Assembly: GCF_001194135.2 (NCBI RefSeq)
Contig: NC_068987.1
Span: 61,951,632 to 62,015,631, forward strand
Direction: 5' to 3'
Source of the DNA: Octopus bimaculoides
Lineage: Eukaryota
Length of the DNA: 64,000 nt
This document shows, in pieces, positions 36,601 to 50,500 of the stretch (the first letter of the stretch is position 1; each line of letters starts with the position of its first letter). The notes beneath the pieces were generated by a model that made no database searches, was not told the DNA's origin, and saw nothing but the letters and a program-made list of their open reading frames with translations. A program made the position numbers and the translations under genes.

Positions 36601-39600
36601 TGTTTCAAGATATTTGGCCAATTCAACTGTGGTGGTTTTGTAAGGAAATTGTTATTATTATTCAGTAGTCTTATTTTCATTATGTGCTTTCACTGCACTA
36701 CCAAGTGCAGCTCTATTTGCCTTGGCTGTGTGCTGTAGTTTGTTGTGGTGCTCCTATTTCCACTTACTGGCTGATATGCTTAGCAGTACTTCGCCCATTG
36801 CTACATTCTGAGTCCAAATCCCACCGAGGTCAACTTTGCTTTTCATCCTTCTGGGGTTGATAAATTAAGTACCAGTGAAATACTGGGGTCAATGTAATCG
36901 ACTAGTCCTCACCTCCAAAATTTCATGGTCTTGTGTATCCACTAGAAAGGATTATTAAAGCAACAAGCTGACAGAATCTGTCAAAATGGACAAAATGCTT
37001 AGTAGTATTTCATCTGTCTTTATGTTCTGATTTCAAATTCTGTTGAAGTCAACTTTGCCTTTCATCCTTTCAGGGTCAATAAAATAAGTACCAGTTGAAC
37101 ACTGGTGTCAATGTAATCCACTTACCCCACCTTCGAAATTGCTGGCCTTGTGCCAAAATTTGAAACCATTATTATTACTATTATTATTATTATTATTATC
37201 ATCATTGTTGTTGTTGTTATTAAGGCGGTAAGCTGGCAGAATTTTTAGCACTCTGGGCAAAATGCTTGGTGGAATTTCATCTATCTTTACATTAGGAGTT
37301 CAAGTTCTGTGAAAGTCAGCTATGCCTTTCATATCTTTGGGGTTGACAAAATAATTTTAGCACTGTGGTTGATGTAAATGACTAACCTCCTCTCTCAAAT
37401 TTCAGGCCTTGTGCCTGTTGTAGAAAGGATTATTATTATCATCATCATCATCATCATCATCATTATCACCATCATCCATCATCAATGTGTTCTCTCTTCT
37501 TTATAGTTATGGTGGCTTCAGTTTTGGTGAAGTGAATTCTTTAAAATCACTGAATAAATCTGAGATTACAAGTTTCATAGACAGACTTTCCCGTAACTCA
37601 TCCAGCAACTTTGCAGCAAATGACACAATCTGGAAAAGTGTTGAAAGCTTATTAGAGGGATTAATCACAAAGAACGTTGCTAAGGTAGGAGATTTTTTTT
37701 TAGATATTTTGATGTGTCAGTTGTACTGTAGAAGTATCCTGATAGTTGAGTGCCAGTATCTCTCTCTGCTTTAGCATTTGGTTTATATATTCTTACAATT
37801 TAGTATTTTGTTAGCCATTTTGCATGATCCATAGCCTCTTTCCAGTCCACACTGGCAGAGAAAATGCCCTTGGCTAATCAAACCAGCTACTGTTTGCTTG
37901 ATCTTCTGTACAGCCACTTGCTTTCAACATTTAACTGAAGCACAATGTTTGCCACATATTTATCATCATCATCCTGAAGTGTGTAGCTGTATCAGTGCAG
38001 TCAGGCTACCCGCATCTTGTCAGGGATCAGGGCAACATTGTATCTTTCTCACACATCTTTTACATAATATATAGATATCCACACACACACACATATATAT
38101 ATATAGAGAGAGAGAGAGGCGTTGTGGCTGTGTGGTAAGAAGCTTGCTTCCCAACCACATGGTTCCAGGTTCAATCCCACTGCATGGCACCTTGGACAAA
38201 TGTCTTTTACTATAACCTTGGGCTGATTAAAGCCTTGTGAGTGGGTTTGATTGATGGAAACTGAAAGAAGCCTGTCGTGTGTCTTTCTGTCTGTGTTTGT
38301 CAACAGGTGTTGGTGTATTTGTATCCCTGTAACTTAATGGTTCAGCAAAAGAGACCAGCTGAATAAGTACCACTTCTTGAAGAAAGAAGAACTGCAATTG
38401 ATTCATTCAACTAAAATATTCCAGGCAGTACCTCAACATGGCCATAGTCTAATGACCAAAACTAGTAAAAGGTAAAAGATATAGATAAAATGTCAAGATT
38501 ATATTGTGCATTTGCATCCTGGTCTCTGACACCTTTCTACTATAAGGATCAGACTGTACCCTACCATCTAAAACAATTCAGAGAACACATTGGATTTGTT
38601 GTCCTACACACATGTTGTCAAGAAATAATATGGAATAGTCATGGATGGATCTCTCTTGATTATAGGTTGATCAGTGACTAAACAACAACAACAATTGGCT
38701 TTCGTAAAACTCACACTTAATTTCCATTTTATAAGATTTTATCAAATTCCTATTGAAATACCCTAACTTCATTTCAATTAATTTTGAAAATGATAAAGGA
38801 TTTAATGAAATAACTTTGTCATTGTCAAGGTGGTGTTTGGAACATAAATTAACATGAAGTTTTAATGGAAGATTTTAATTTAACCCTTTACCATTTAAGC
38901 CAGTCGTTTTTGGGCCAAATATTCTTTTTGTTTTATGTTCAAACTGGCCAGATCCACCTTCTCACATCTACTACCTACGATGTCATTCTAAAAAGTCATC
39001 AAAATCCCACAGCTACAAGATTAGGCATGATTAATTCAAAGCAATACAAATATAGATATTTTGTAAACAACTTGCAGATGCAAGTGTTACCAGTTGAAAG
39101 CGCTGCATACTGGATGCTAGAAAGTTTATGGGGTCATCAAGAGAGAATGTGCACCATTTCAGAGACTACCTCTTGACTGCATCATTGCGCACCAGCACTC
39201 CTCACTGAAATGAGGCCCTGCTTGCTAGATCAACTGATTACCAGGTTTTGCACTATATTCTTGTAGCCATTGCTCATCATCTCTTTTTAACCAAATCCAG
39301 TGGCTAGCCTTCTCCACTGTATTTTGGATATCGGTCATGGTGGTATTTACCTTACGATGAGTTAGGCCTAACGATAGCAATAATCGCCTCACACTGTGTC
39401 CAACAAATCCTCTACATCCAACTTCAATCGGAAAAAGCTCTGCTTTTGAGCCTGCATCTTCACATTCCTTGACAAAGTAATCTCAATGTTAAGTCACTTT
39501 AAAACAAGAAGTTTTTATATCATAGGACCAAGGGTAGTATTGTGTGTTGGTATCAAAATGGTTAAACTTTAAAGCTGATATTAGTTCTATAAGACGTCAC

Positions 39601-40722
39601 TTCTCCAAGAAAGATGAGGCACATATTCCTAATGGCTAGATAAAAAGAAACTAAATTTTGTTTATTTCCAAAGGAAACAAAGAAACACCTGTTGTCTGAT
39701 ATTCATTTATTTATCATCGTAATTATTTTGAAAAATTATCTCACTGTATGATTTTCTTCTTTTCTTTTCTCAGGTCTGGTTCAATAACAAAGGTTGGGCA
39801 TCAGTTGCTATTTATGTTAATATAATGAATAATATTGTTCTAAGAAGTTCCTTACCACCTGGAGCAAAGCTGCAAAATTATGGCATTACAACAATTAATC
39901 ATCCAATGGCATTGACCAAAAAACAACTGACTGAGGAGAATGTGTAAGTATCATTTCTGTCATTATCCACCACCTCCTCCTCATCATCATCATCACCATT
40001 TTCTTCCTCTCTTCCACATTCTCCTCTTCCTTCTCCTTCTACTTCCATCATCATCACCATCCACCACCACTTTTAAGAGCCAGCCATCACTCAGTGAATG
40101 GGTATGACTTGGTGACATATGCCATATTTTTGTTAATAGTTTCACCCTTTAGCCTTATTCAACTCAGATATTCTAATTGTTTTATGTTAAACCAGCTAGA
40201 TTCTGGTGTCTCACACCTACCTTACAATGTCATTCTAAAAATAAACAACTACATCATCTACACCTTGAAGTTACAAGATAAGACATGATTAATTCAAATC
40301 AATGTGAATAAATAAGCATTACATTTGACAGAGTAATCTGAATGCTGAAGGATTAAGGTGCCTATGTAGTTGTGAGCTCAAATAGACATCATCTCAACTC
40401 TCCCATATTTTGATCCTGTGGCATATTCAGGATGTGACAGCTGGAGGAAGAGAAAGCTATACCAGCATTTGGCTACTACCCATTTTCAGCTCAGTAGATT
40501 GGAAGAATGTGAAGTGAAGTATCATGCTCAAGGACACAACACGTTGTTCGTTCTAAAAATTGAATCCACAACCATGAGCTGAATGCCAACACCCTAAGGG
40601 CATCCAGCTGTAGAAACCATGCCAAATCTGATTGAAACCTGGTGTAGCTCCCCAGCTTACCAGTTTTCAGTCAAACCATCCAGCCCATGCCAGCATGGAA
40701 AACAGATGTTAAATGGTTATGA

Positions 40723-40765
<43 letters not shown>

Positions 40766-42877
40766 ATTTGAGGTGATTTGTAAAGATAACATCTAATAAC
40801 CTAACAGTATGTCTTTTCTACTCCTCTGATGAGATTTTGCCCAATACAATGATTTGTTTATTGTTATTTAAACTTTGGGCAAAATTGAAACGGCTGTAAG
40901 AGAATATGTTGGATTTTAGCAGTTAGTAAATTATATTAATGCTACATCTCCATTTTCTGGATTTTAATTTGAATATCTATTAGGTTGTCAAGAAAGTTCT
41001 TGCGGTTTTTAACCTTTAAATTCAGATGCACATATCGGGGCTCAGACAAAACTTTATTAATCGAAATAAGCACCATCAGAATCAACACGCTTTTGCCAAC
41101 GCGAAACAAGCTTATTTATACCAGTAGCGTAAAAATTCTGCGTTCTGGTGGAGCACTTGCAGAAAATTGCACTGCTTGCAACCACTTGAATATTCTGGAT
41201 GATGCTCGAAAAATAAGAGGTGTTACCTTAGTTCACTGGTAGTGAACAGCTGGCACCATAGTACATCTCCAGCATTAGAAGCTGTTCAAAGACAATAAAT
41301 AATAATAATAATAATACATTTGAAAGTAGTTCATTCTTTGTGGAAAACAGTTGTGGCAATGGATGAGAATGTAGGAAAGGTTATCTGGTTGATTTCATAA
41401 TCACTAGGATTTTTAGGATAATCTTTTATATCAAGAGTTTTCATAGCTTCTCCATACTCTTTCTGTGTGACGAAACCCTTTTGCGTTGGCTTCATGATAT
41501 TGAAAAGAGATTCAGTGTTATTCTTGTTGAAAAGACCAAGTGGCTCAGTTGAATTATTTTTCAATTTTTCACTTCTATAAGGTACTCAACCATGAATTTC
41601 TTTAGATTTTCTTGTCTGAAGAACTCTAAAGAAGCTAACATATTGCTAAACAGTGACTGAATTTTATGTTCCTTTAAATCTTGATCTGCTAACATCTCAT
41701 GAGTCAGTGTTATTTCCTCCATCTTTCAACAACAAGGCATTTGTTGTCTGCCCAAGACCATAGTACCATGCAGTGTAATTGAACCCATAAAGTGAACTTC
41801 TTAACTTCATAGTCAAGAAAAAAATAATGATAATAACAACAATATTAATAATAATAATAATAATGATAATGGTTTCATTTTTTGGCACAAAGCCAGCAAT
41901 TTCAAGGGAGGGACTAAGTTAATTACATCAACCCCAATGCTCAATTGTTACTTATTTTATTGACTCTGAAATATAATAGTCTGCTTGTTTGTTCACTCGT
42001 TATACTTTAGTTAGTTAGAGAGGTGAAGGTGAAGTGAGTGAGAGGTGGCGTGAAAGTGAAAGAGAGAGGAGGAAGAATGTGAAGAGAGAAGAGAAAGGTA
42101 TAATAATACACTATGGCCAAATGGTTAGTTGAAGAGAGAGACACAGAATGAGAGAAAAGAAATGGGGAGAGAGAAAGAGGGTAAGAGAAGTGTTAATGGT
42201 GTGCAGTAGGGTGGGGAGGGAAAGGTGAAGAGAAAAAGAAATGTTTAGAATATAGTATTTAGCAGAGCATGATGTTCTGGTGGTGAGGTTAAAGAAAGGC
42301 AGATAGTGAGAGATGGACGGAGGAGAGAGAGAGAGAGAGAGAAGCAGATAACGTTTATATTGTCAGAGTAGAGATACATCGACAGCAACAAAAAGTAGAT
42401 GTAAAGAAACAGCTGAACTGAAATGAGCTTTATTACTGAAAACTATAGTAATGAGAATGATGGCGGTGATCATGGTGGTATGTTGATAGTGAAAGTATTT
42501 TCTTTTATTGAGCTTAATCTATATGATTCTTCTACCTATTCATAGAATAATAATAATAATAATAATAATAATGATAATACTATAGCTAATGAGAGAGAGG
42601 AAGAGGGTATGTAGGAGTGAATGAGAGAGCAGATAGCCATCTGATGCATTATGCTGTCACTCATGTGATTAGTGGAACTAAGAGGTGAAGAGAAAGAGAG
42701 AAATATAAAGTGCTTAGCACAGGGAATTTTGAAATCATATAATTTATTATTGTGACTGGAAGTGAAATAACTTAGCATAATAAAAATAAAATGCAAACCA
42801 TCCTTTCTTACTTAAATAGATTCTCTTACTCTTTTTCATTCTGTAGAATTTCCATGAGTCCCTCTAGTAGTAGTAGT

Positions 42878-42922
<45 letters not shown>

Positions 42923-45900
42923 CACTAGCAGGACCCGTGAATATTTCATGGAATTAATGGTAAACCTATTGGGTTATTTCTGAAAACTTTATCCAGATAG
43001 CCTGAAAGTGTAGCTTCTATTGTGTCTGTATCAAAAGATATTTGTTCATCTGCTAATCATTGAAAAGTGAAGGAAATTGGGATATGATGATTACTTAATG
43101 CTCTTTATATATACACTTTATATACTTTATGCACAATTTTATAGACTTAATACACAACACTCTCCTTTTTTCTCTCTCACTCTTCACCTTACCCTCTTTT
43201 TCTCTCTCACTCTTCACCTTACCCTCTTTTTTTCTCTCTCTTTTTTTCTTTCACTCTTCACCTTTCTCTTCAGCTAAGGGCTAACAGACGGGCTAAGTAA
43301 CAGAGGAAAACAAACTTAGCTCAAAAGAATAAATACACATTTCACTCACCACTACTTCTCCCACGCATCCACTTCCCCTCCCCTTACCTACACCACCCAC
43401 TTCCTCACTCCCACCTTCAACTAATCATGTGGAAGCTTTACAGATGGGCTAAGTAACGGAGTGACAAGTAGAATTATCATAAGATATGTTGATGTGTTAT
43501 CATAAAGGCTATATTTCTTTATTTTATTACTTTTCTTTTTTATTCAGGGTTGCCAGTGTGATTGATGTTCTTATTGCCATTGGTGTGCTATTTGCATTAT
43601 CATTTGTCCCAGCCAGCTTTACACTATTTCTGATTGAAGAACGTAAAACTAATGCTAAACATTTACAGATGGTTTGTGGTACCAATCATAAAATCTATTG
43701 GCTTGCAGCAATCACTTGGGATTTGGTCAGTATTAATTTTATTATCTTACATTTTCTTTTACTGGTTAGAATATAATTTATATATTTTTATACATTATAT
43801 ATACAGTATGATAACGCTGGACCTGAGAATCACAAGTGGGGAGTACTAAGCAGTGATGTGTATAAATGCAATGCTATTACCAATTCAAATATGTCAGTAG
43901 CAAGTTTAAATTCCACCATTTGTCAACAGCGAGAAAGCCTCTTCATGACAAATCACAGTGAATGGCTTGTTTACAAATTCAAACCATTTGGTTTCTGTAA
44001 CTGAAGAGGAGATAACCACTCCAAAATGCTTGCATCTCACAGTCTGATAGAAAACTTTTGCCCAAAATGTTATGTAGTGAGGCTTAACCTAAAAACCATA
44101 TAGTTGGGAAGTGAACTTCTCAATCACATAGCCATGCCTGCACCTATTTATACCTCTTATTTGTGTACATAAATCATGATAACCATCATCTTCTGTGCTT
44201 GCATGGGTTGGTACAGTTTGACAGGATCTGGTAAGTCCAAAGACTATGTCATGTTCTAATGTCTGCTTTGGTATGATTTCTATGGCCTGATGCTATTTCT
44301 AACACCAACTACTTTGCAGAACATCCTGGGTACTTTTTACTTTGTAACAGCAGCACTATCTGTGTGTGTCTTTGCGTTTGTGTGTATACACATATGTATA
44401 AATATATTTACTGTGTTAAATATCTATAGTTTTAATCTTTTAAATGACAAAGTGAAAATGAATCATTCAATTAATGAAATAAGTAAATATTTCTTTTCCT
44501 CAGATAAACTATTGTATCCCTGCTCTCCTCTGCATTCTGATATTTCTGGCTTTTGATCAGCAAGCATATGTTTCTTCTACCAATCTACCATGTTTGATTG
44601 CTTTGTTGTTTCTCTATGGGTAAGTTTTTTTTAGTTTTTTATTCATACTTATTAGAGCTGTTGAAACCATTGATTATAAGATAAAGTATTTATCAAATTC
44701 TCTGTGAAATCACTGAATCTCAGAGTAATTTTTACAAGTTTCTTTTTTTTTTTGTTGGAAGTGTCATGACTAACAAAGTCTATAAACACACTAACAGCTC
44801 CTTGTTTCTTTAGCTTGTATCTTTTACCTATTTCAGTCATTGAACTGTGGCCATGCTGGGGCACTGCCTTGAAGGATGAGTCAAACAAATTGACCCCAGT
44901 ACTTTTTTTTTAAGTGTGGTAGTTATTTTGTCGGTCTCTTTTCCCAATCTGCTATGACAAGATGTCATGCAGTGGGACTGAACCTGAAACCACATGGCTG
45001 CAAAGTGAGTTTCTTAACTACACAGCCAGTTGGTGTTTGTTTATATCCCCAAAAATATTTTTGCTGAGCGATAATTGAGAAAGCAACAGATCAGTGTACG
45101 ACAAAATATTTTTGTGACATAAGCAAGCATTCTGCCTTGGAAGAGAAAGTAAAGTGAAATATAAGCAAACAACAACTGGTTAGTAAGTTCATAGTCTTTA
45201 TCACTGATGACTCTTCCCAGATACAATAATACTGGTTTCAGCACATAATTTTAGATCAAAATTCTTCTAAAATTAAACAACTTGGTGGTTTTATTGCTAC
45301 TGAATTGTTCAGTGTGACTGTGACCTTGAACTAGTTGATCACCCTCCCTATTCTCCTGATTTGGTCCCATTTGATTATCATGTTCCCCAACATGAAAAAA
45401 AAACTTAGTGGGAACCAGTATCGCAATGATGATGACATCATGTCTACTATTGATGACTTTTTTTTGGCCAACAGAACAAAAGCTTCTTCACCAATAGGAT
45501 CCAAGTGCTGCAGCATCAATGGAAGAAGTGCATGGATCACGAGGGGGGCCATGTTGAAAACTAAACTTCATTTATTCATATTCCATGAGAGTTTCTTTGT
45601 CATCCTATGAACTTTTCAGCCAACCCTCATGTATGTATGCATACATACATGTGTGTGTTCACATCATAGGAATGTCACAACTTTTGAGACTTGTAGAAGC
45701 ATGGTATTTTATTATGCAACCATAATATACTATAAAGTATATTAAACGTTTTTATAAGTTGATACCATGTTCTACTGTGTTAGCTGTGCACTTTACATCA
45801 CTTGTTAAGGTTCTACCAGATAGGAAATGTCATCACCAAAAATCAGTACTGGCTATAATTTCTGTAGATAATTTTAGCAAAAAAAACTTTTGAGAGGATG

Positions 45901-46078
45901 TGAACTAATTCTTTTTTGGAATATCTCAAAGTACACACATATAGCAATGAATAATAGCATGTAAACATTGGATAAGACAAAGTTGCAGTCTGGTTTTTGA
46001 CTTTTTCTATCCCCCAAATTTTTCAGCCCAATATTTATTACTATAATTGTACACTTTGATATATTCCAATAAAGAATG

Positions 46079-46116
<38 letters not shown>

Positions 46117-47508
46117 CATCATCGTCATTTAATGTCTGCTTTCCATGAGTTGTACGGTTTGACAGAGGGCTGGTAAGCCAGAAGGCTGCACCAGGCTTCA
46201 GTCTGATCTGGCAAAGTTTCTACAGCTGGATGTCCTTCCTAACGCCAACCACTCCTAGGGTATAGTGGATGCTTGTTATGTGCCATCAGCATGAGGGCCA
46301 GTCAGGCAGTACTGGCATCAACTACGTTTGAATGGTGCTCTTTACGTCCCACCAGCATGGGAACCAGTCAGGTGAAACTGGCAACAACCACTTTCAAATG
46401 GTACTTTTTACATGCCACCAGCACGGGACCAGTCAGCCGGCACTGGCATTGACCATGCTCGAATGGTGCTTTTTATGTGCCACTGACATGGGAGCCAATC
46501 AAGCGGTACTGTCATCGGCTATGACAACAACTTCGCTTGCCTCAACAGGTCTTTGCTTGCCTCAACAGGTCTTCGCAAGCGCAGTTTCTTACCCAATGAT
46601 TGAAGGGTACTCTTAAATGGTCTGGTTATGCTGCACTGGCATAGGCCACTGTTACGGTCTCACTTGGTTTGCCAGGTCTTCTCAAGCACAGCATATCTCC
46701 AAAGGTCTCGGTCACTTGTCATCACCTCGGTGAGGGCCAACATTTGAAGGTCGTGCTTCATCACCTCATCCCAGGTCTTCCTGGGTCTACTTCTTACACA
46801 CAGGTTCCCTCTACTGCTAGGGTGTGACACTTTTTCACACAGCTGTCCTCATCCATAAACAACACATGACCATACCAGTGCAGTCGTCTTTCTTGTACAC
46901 CGTGTCTGATGTTTCTTATGTCCAACTTTTCTCTCAGGGCACTTACACTCTGTCGTATATACACACTGATATTACACATCCAGTGGAGCATACTAGCTTC
47001 ATTTCTTGCAAGCTTACACATGTCCTCAGCAGTCAAGGCCCCTGTTTCACTGCTATGTAGCATGGCTGTTCGCACACATGCGTCATACAGTCTACCTTTT
47101 ACTCTGAGCAAGAAGCCCTTTGTCACCAGCAGAGGTAGGGGCTCTCTGAACTTTGCCCAGGCTATTCTTTTTCTAACAGCTACTCTCTCAGAGCATCCAC
47201 CCCCGCTACTGACTTGGTCACCTAGGTAATGGAAGCTATCGACTACTTCTAGTTTTTCATCTTGGAATGTGATGGAAGCTGTTCTCTGTACATTTTCAGT
47301 GTTTATTGCTCCCAAGCATTTGCCACACACAAACACTGTTCTCCCAGTTAGCCTTCTTTTGATATTGCTGCATCTCTTATGTGTCCATAGCTTACACTGG
47401 GTACATCTTATAGAGTTTCTACCTACGCCTTTTCTACAGATCGAGCAGAGCCATCTACCTGAAGGGGTTTGTGGTTTGTCTGCCTTCCTACTTATTAAGA
47501 CTTTGGTT

Positions 47509-47554
<46 letters not shown>

Positions 47555-50500
47555 AAAATTTGTCTATTTTTTTTCTTTTAGATGGGCTATAATTCCTATG
47601 ATGTACCCATTTGCTCGCTTCTTTGACATTCCAAGTACAGCATTTGTTGCACTGTCTTGTACCAATGTCTTTCTGGGTACAATAACGACATTAGCTACCT
47701 TTATCTTGGAAATGTTACAGAATGATGATGAGGTAAGGTTCATAAGTTTCAATAAATTGTTTTGTTCTTTTTATTTTTCCTTTTTACATTTTGCTCATTA
47801 AATATAGATGTGTGTGTGTGTCTATGTCTGTGTGTTAGTTTACGTGTTGTTACTGTTGTTGTCAGTTTTCTGTCAAAGAATCTTCCACTCAATCATGCTT
47901 TTGAAAATGTGTGGGTTAAGAGTTTCCCTTACTTGAAGAACAGGTAATGTTTAGTGACTGAAAGGACTTCCAGCTGTAAAGCAATGCTCCAATGATATAA
48001 AAGGGTAAAAGGTAAAGACCTCCACAGTTACGAATAACCATGAGATTGCACCTAGAAAGTTCACCTCTACAGCTGAGTAAACTGGAGCAAATTAAAATAA
48101 TAAAGTGCCTTGCACATGAACACAACACACAGCCCAGTCTGGGAATTGAACTCACAACCTCATGATTGTAAGCCCTACCACTGAGCCATAACCAGCCCAT
48201 ATATTGTGCCTGTTTTATGTTCAATGCAACAAGATCTAACTTCTTAGACTTTCACTACCATGTCATGCTAAAAATAAGCAATCACACCACTGAAATCTCG
48301 AAGTTACAAGGTAATGCATGATTAATTCGAAACAATGTGAATAAATAAGCATTGCATTTGTCAGAGTAATCTAAATGCTAAAGGTTTAATTGGTTTATTC
48401 ACTTTCAGGAATTAAGGTATGTAAATGATATTCTGAAGAAGGTATTTCTATTGCTGCCTCAATATTGCTTTGGGCGAGGACTTGTACAAATGGCTCAAGA
48501 TCAATTAATATATGAAATCAGTGAAAGGTTTGGTAAGTCAAGAATTAACTTATAACAAAGCTCAGACAAATATCTTTGATTTATAAGTGCACCTAGATAA
48601 GTAACACATTTAGCCATCTGTCTCTTTCCGTCTGTCTGTCTCTCTCTCTCTTTCTCCCTCTTTCTCTCTCTTTCTCTCATCTATACATGACATTTATAAA
48701 TGTTTGAATATATGAAATTCCTACACATAGTTTACTTTAAGTCTCTACATATAGATGCAACTTCAACTAGTTTCTATCTTTCCCTCAATTGTAAGGCATT
48801 TTTGTCTTTCTTATCTTTTCTATTTACATTTCTTATTTACAAATTTGCAGTATTCCTTTAATGTTTGGATAAACATGTGCCTTCTCCATCCACCCATATT
48901 TTGTGAACCCACACAAAGAGGGTATGATTTAAAACTTATGTAGAGAAATCTCTGTCTTATAAGAGAACAAAGAAATCTTTCTACATAATATGTACTTGAT
49001 CAATATACTCACTTAGTCATGCTAGTAGTTGATAATTGAAAAGGAACCCAGTTGCAAACTTCAATGTAACTCTTATTGAGAGGAGATGGAAAAACTCAAT
49101 AGGTAGATCGATTTCTGTTAACTGAAAAATTCTGAAAATTTCACAATGAATAATAAATAACTTGGGTTTGTCCATATGAAACCACATCTGCTATTTTCAC
49201 ATTTTTGAGGACAAAGGAGAATTTTAGATATCAGATATCAAATCTGTTTGAAGATTTGGCAAAATACAAGAGGTCACCAAAGTTATCGGTATCAATGAAT
49301 GGCTTGTTGAGAAACAGATGGAAATGGTTTGGACATGTTCTGTGTATCCAGTTAGATAGAGTATTATGAGAAACAGTGCACTAGAGGCCAAAGAAGCAAA
49401 GAAAGAAAGATCAAGACCAACATAATTTGAGGTCAATACAGAGTGACAGTCTGTGGTATTATTTGTGGCAGTGGAGGAAGAGGAGGATATTACATAGAGT
49501 AGTGGTAGCTAATGGGATAGTGTATTGAACTACTTGTTCTTAAGTGCTGAGTACAAATCAGATTCTGGCATTTCAAGTGTTTCTAAGCAGAGCAGTTCCT
49601 CAAATCGTAACTTAGGTACCAAATCAGCCTGGGAATGTTCACCCTTAGACCAGAATCCCCCAGTTGTCTCAGGTACTTTTAATTTTGGGTCTTGACTCTG
49701 AATTTAATCAAGAACTTCTTGTGATGAGGTGGTGAGCTACAGCCTACTCTATTTTAAACTCATGAATTGGGTATCAACTGCCAGATAGAATTCTCTATTA
49801 CTCTTTTAATCTTTTACTTGTTTCAGTCATTTGTCTGTGGCCATGCTGGAGCACCGCCTTTAGTCAAGCAAATCGACCCTAGGACTTATTCTTTGGAAGC
49901 CTAGTACTTATTCTATCGGTCTCTTTTGCCGAACTGCTAAGTTACGGGGACGTAAACACACCAGCATCGGTTGTCAAGTGATGTTGGGGGGGGACAAACA
50001 AAGACACACAAACATATACACACACATACATATATATATATACATATATACGATGGGCTTCTTTCAGTTTCCGCCTACCAAATCCAGTTACAAGGCTTTG
50101 GTCGGCCCAAGGCTATAGTAGAAGACACTTGCCCAAGGTGCCACGCAGTGGGACTGAACCTGGAACCATGTGGTTGGTAAGCAAGCTACTTACCACACAG
50201 CCACTCCTACGCCTACTATGAATTTTTTAATTAGATTTCCTTTACCAATATTATAATTCCAGGTTCTTCAGTTGGAAATCAGTGTAGTTCTTTCATTAAT
50301 GCTTATTATTTCTTCACAGGTGAAACGGTGTACTTAAATCCATTTGAATGGAACAAAATTGGTCAGAATCTTTTCGCATTATTTATCCTGGGAATTATCT
50401 TCTTTACTATAACTCTTCTTTTGGAATACTCTTTCTGGAAAAAATTCTGGTATAGTAATGCATTTTTCTTTCTATAAATAATACATTTGTGTTTATGCTG

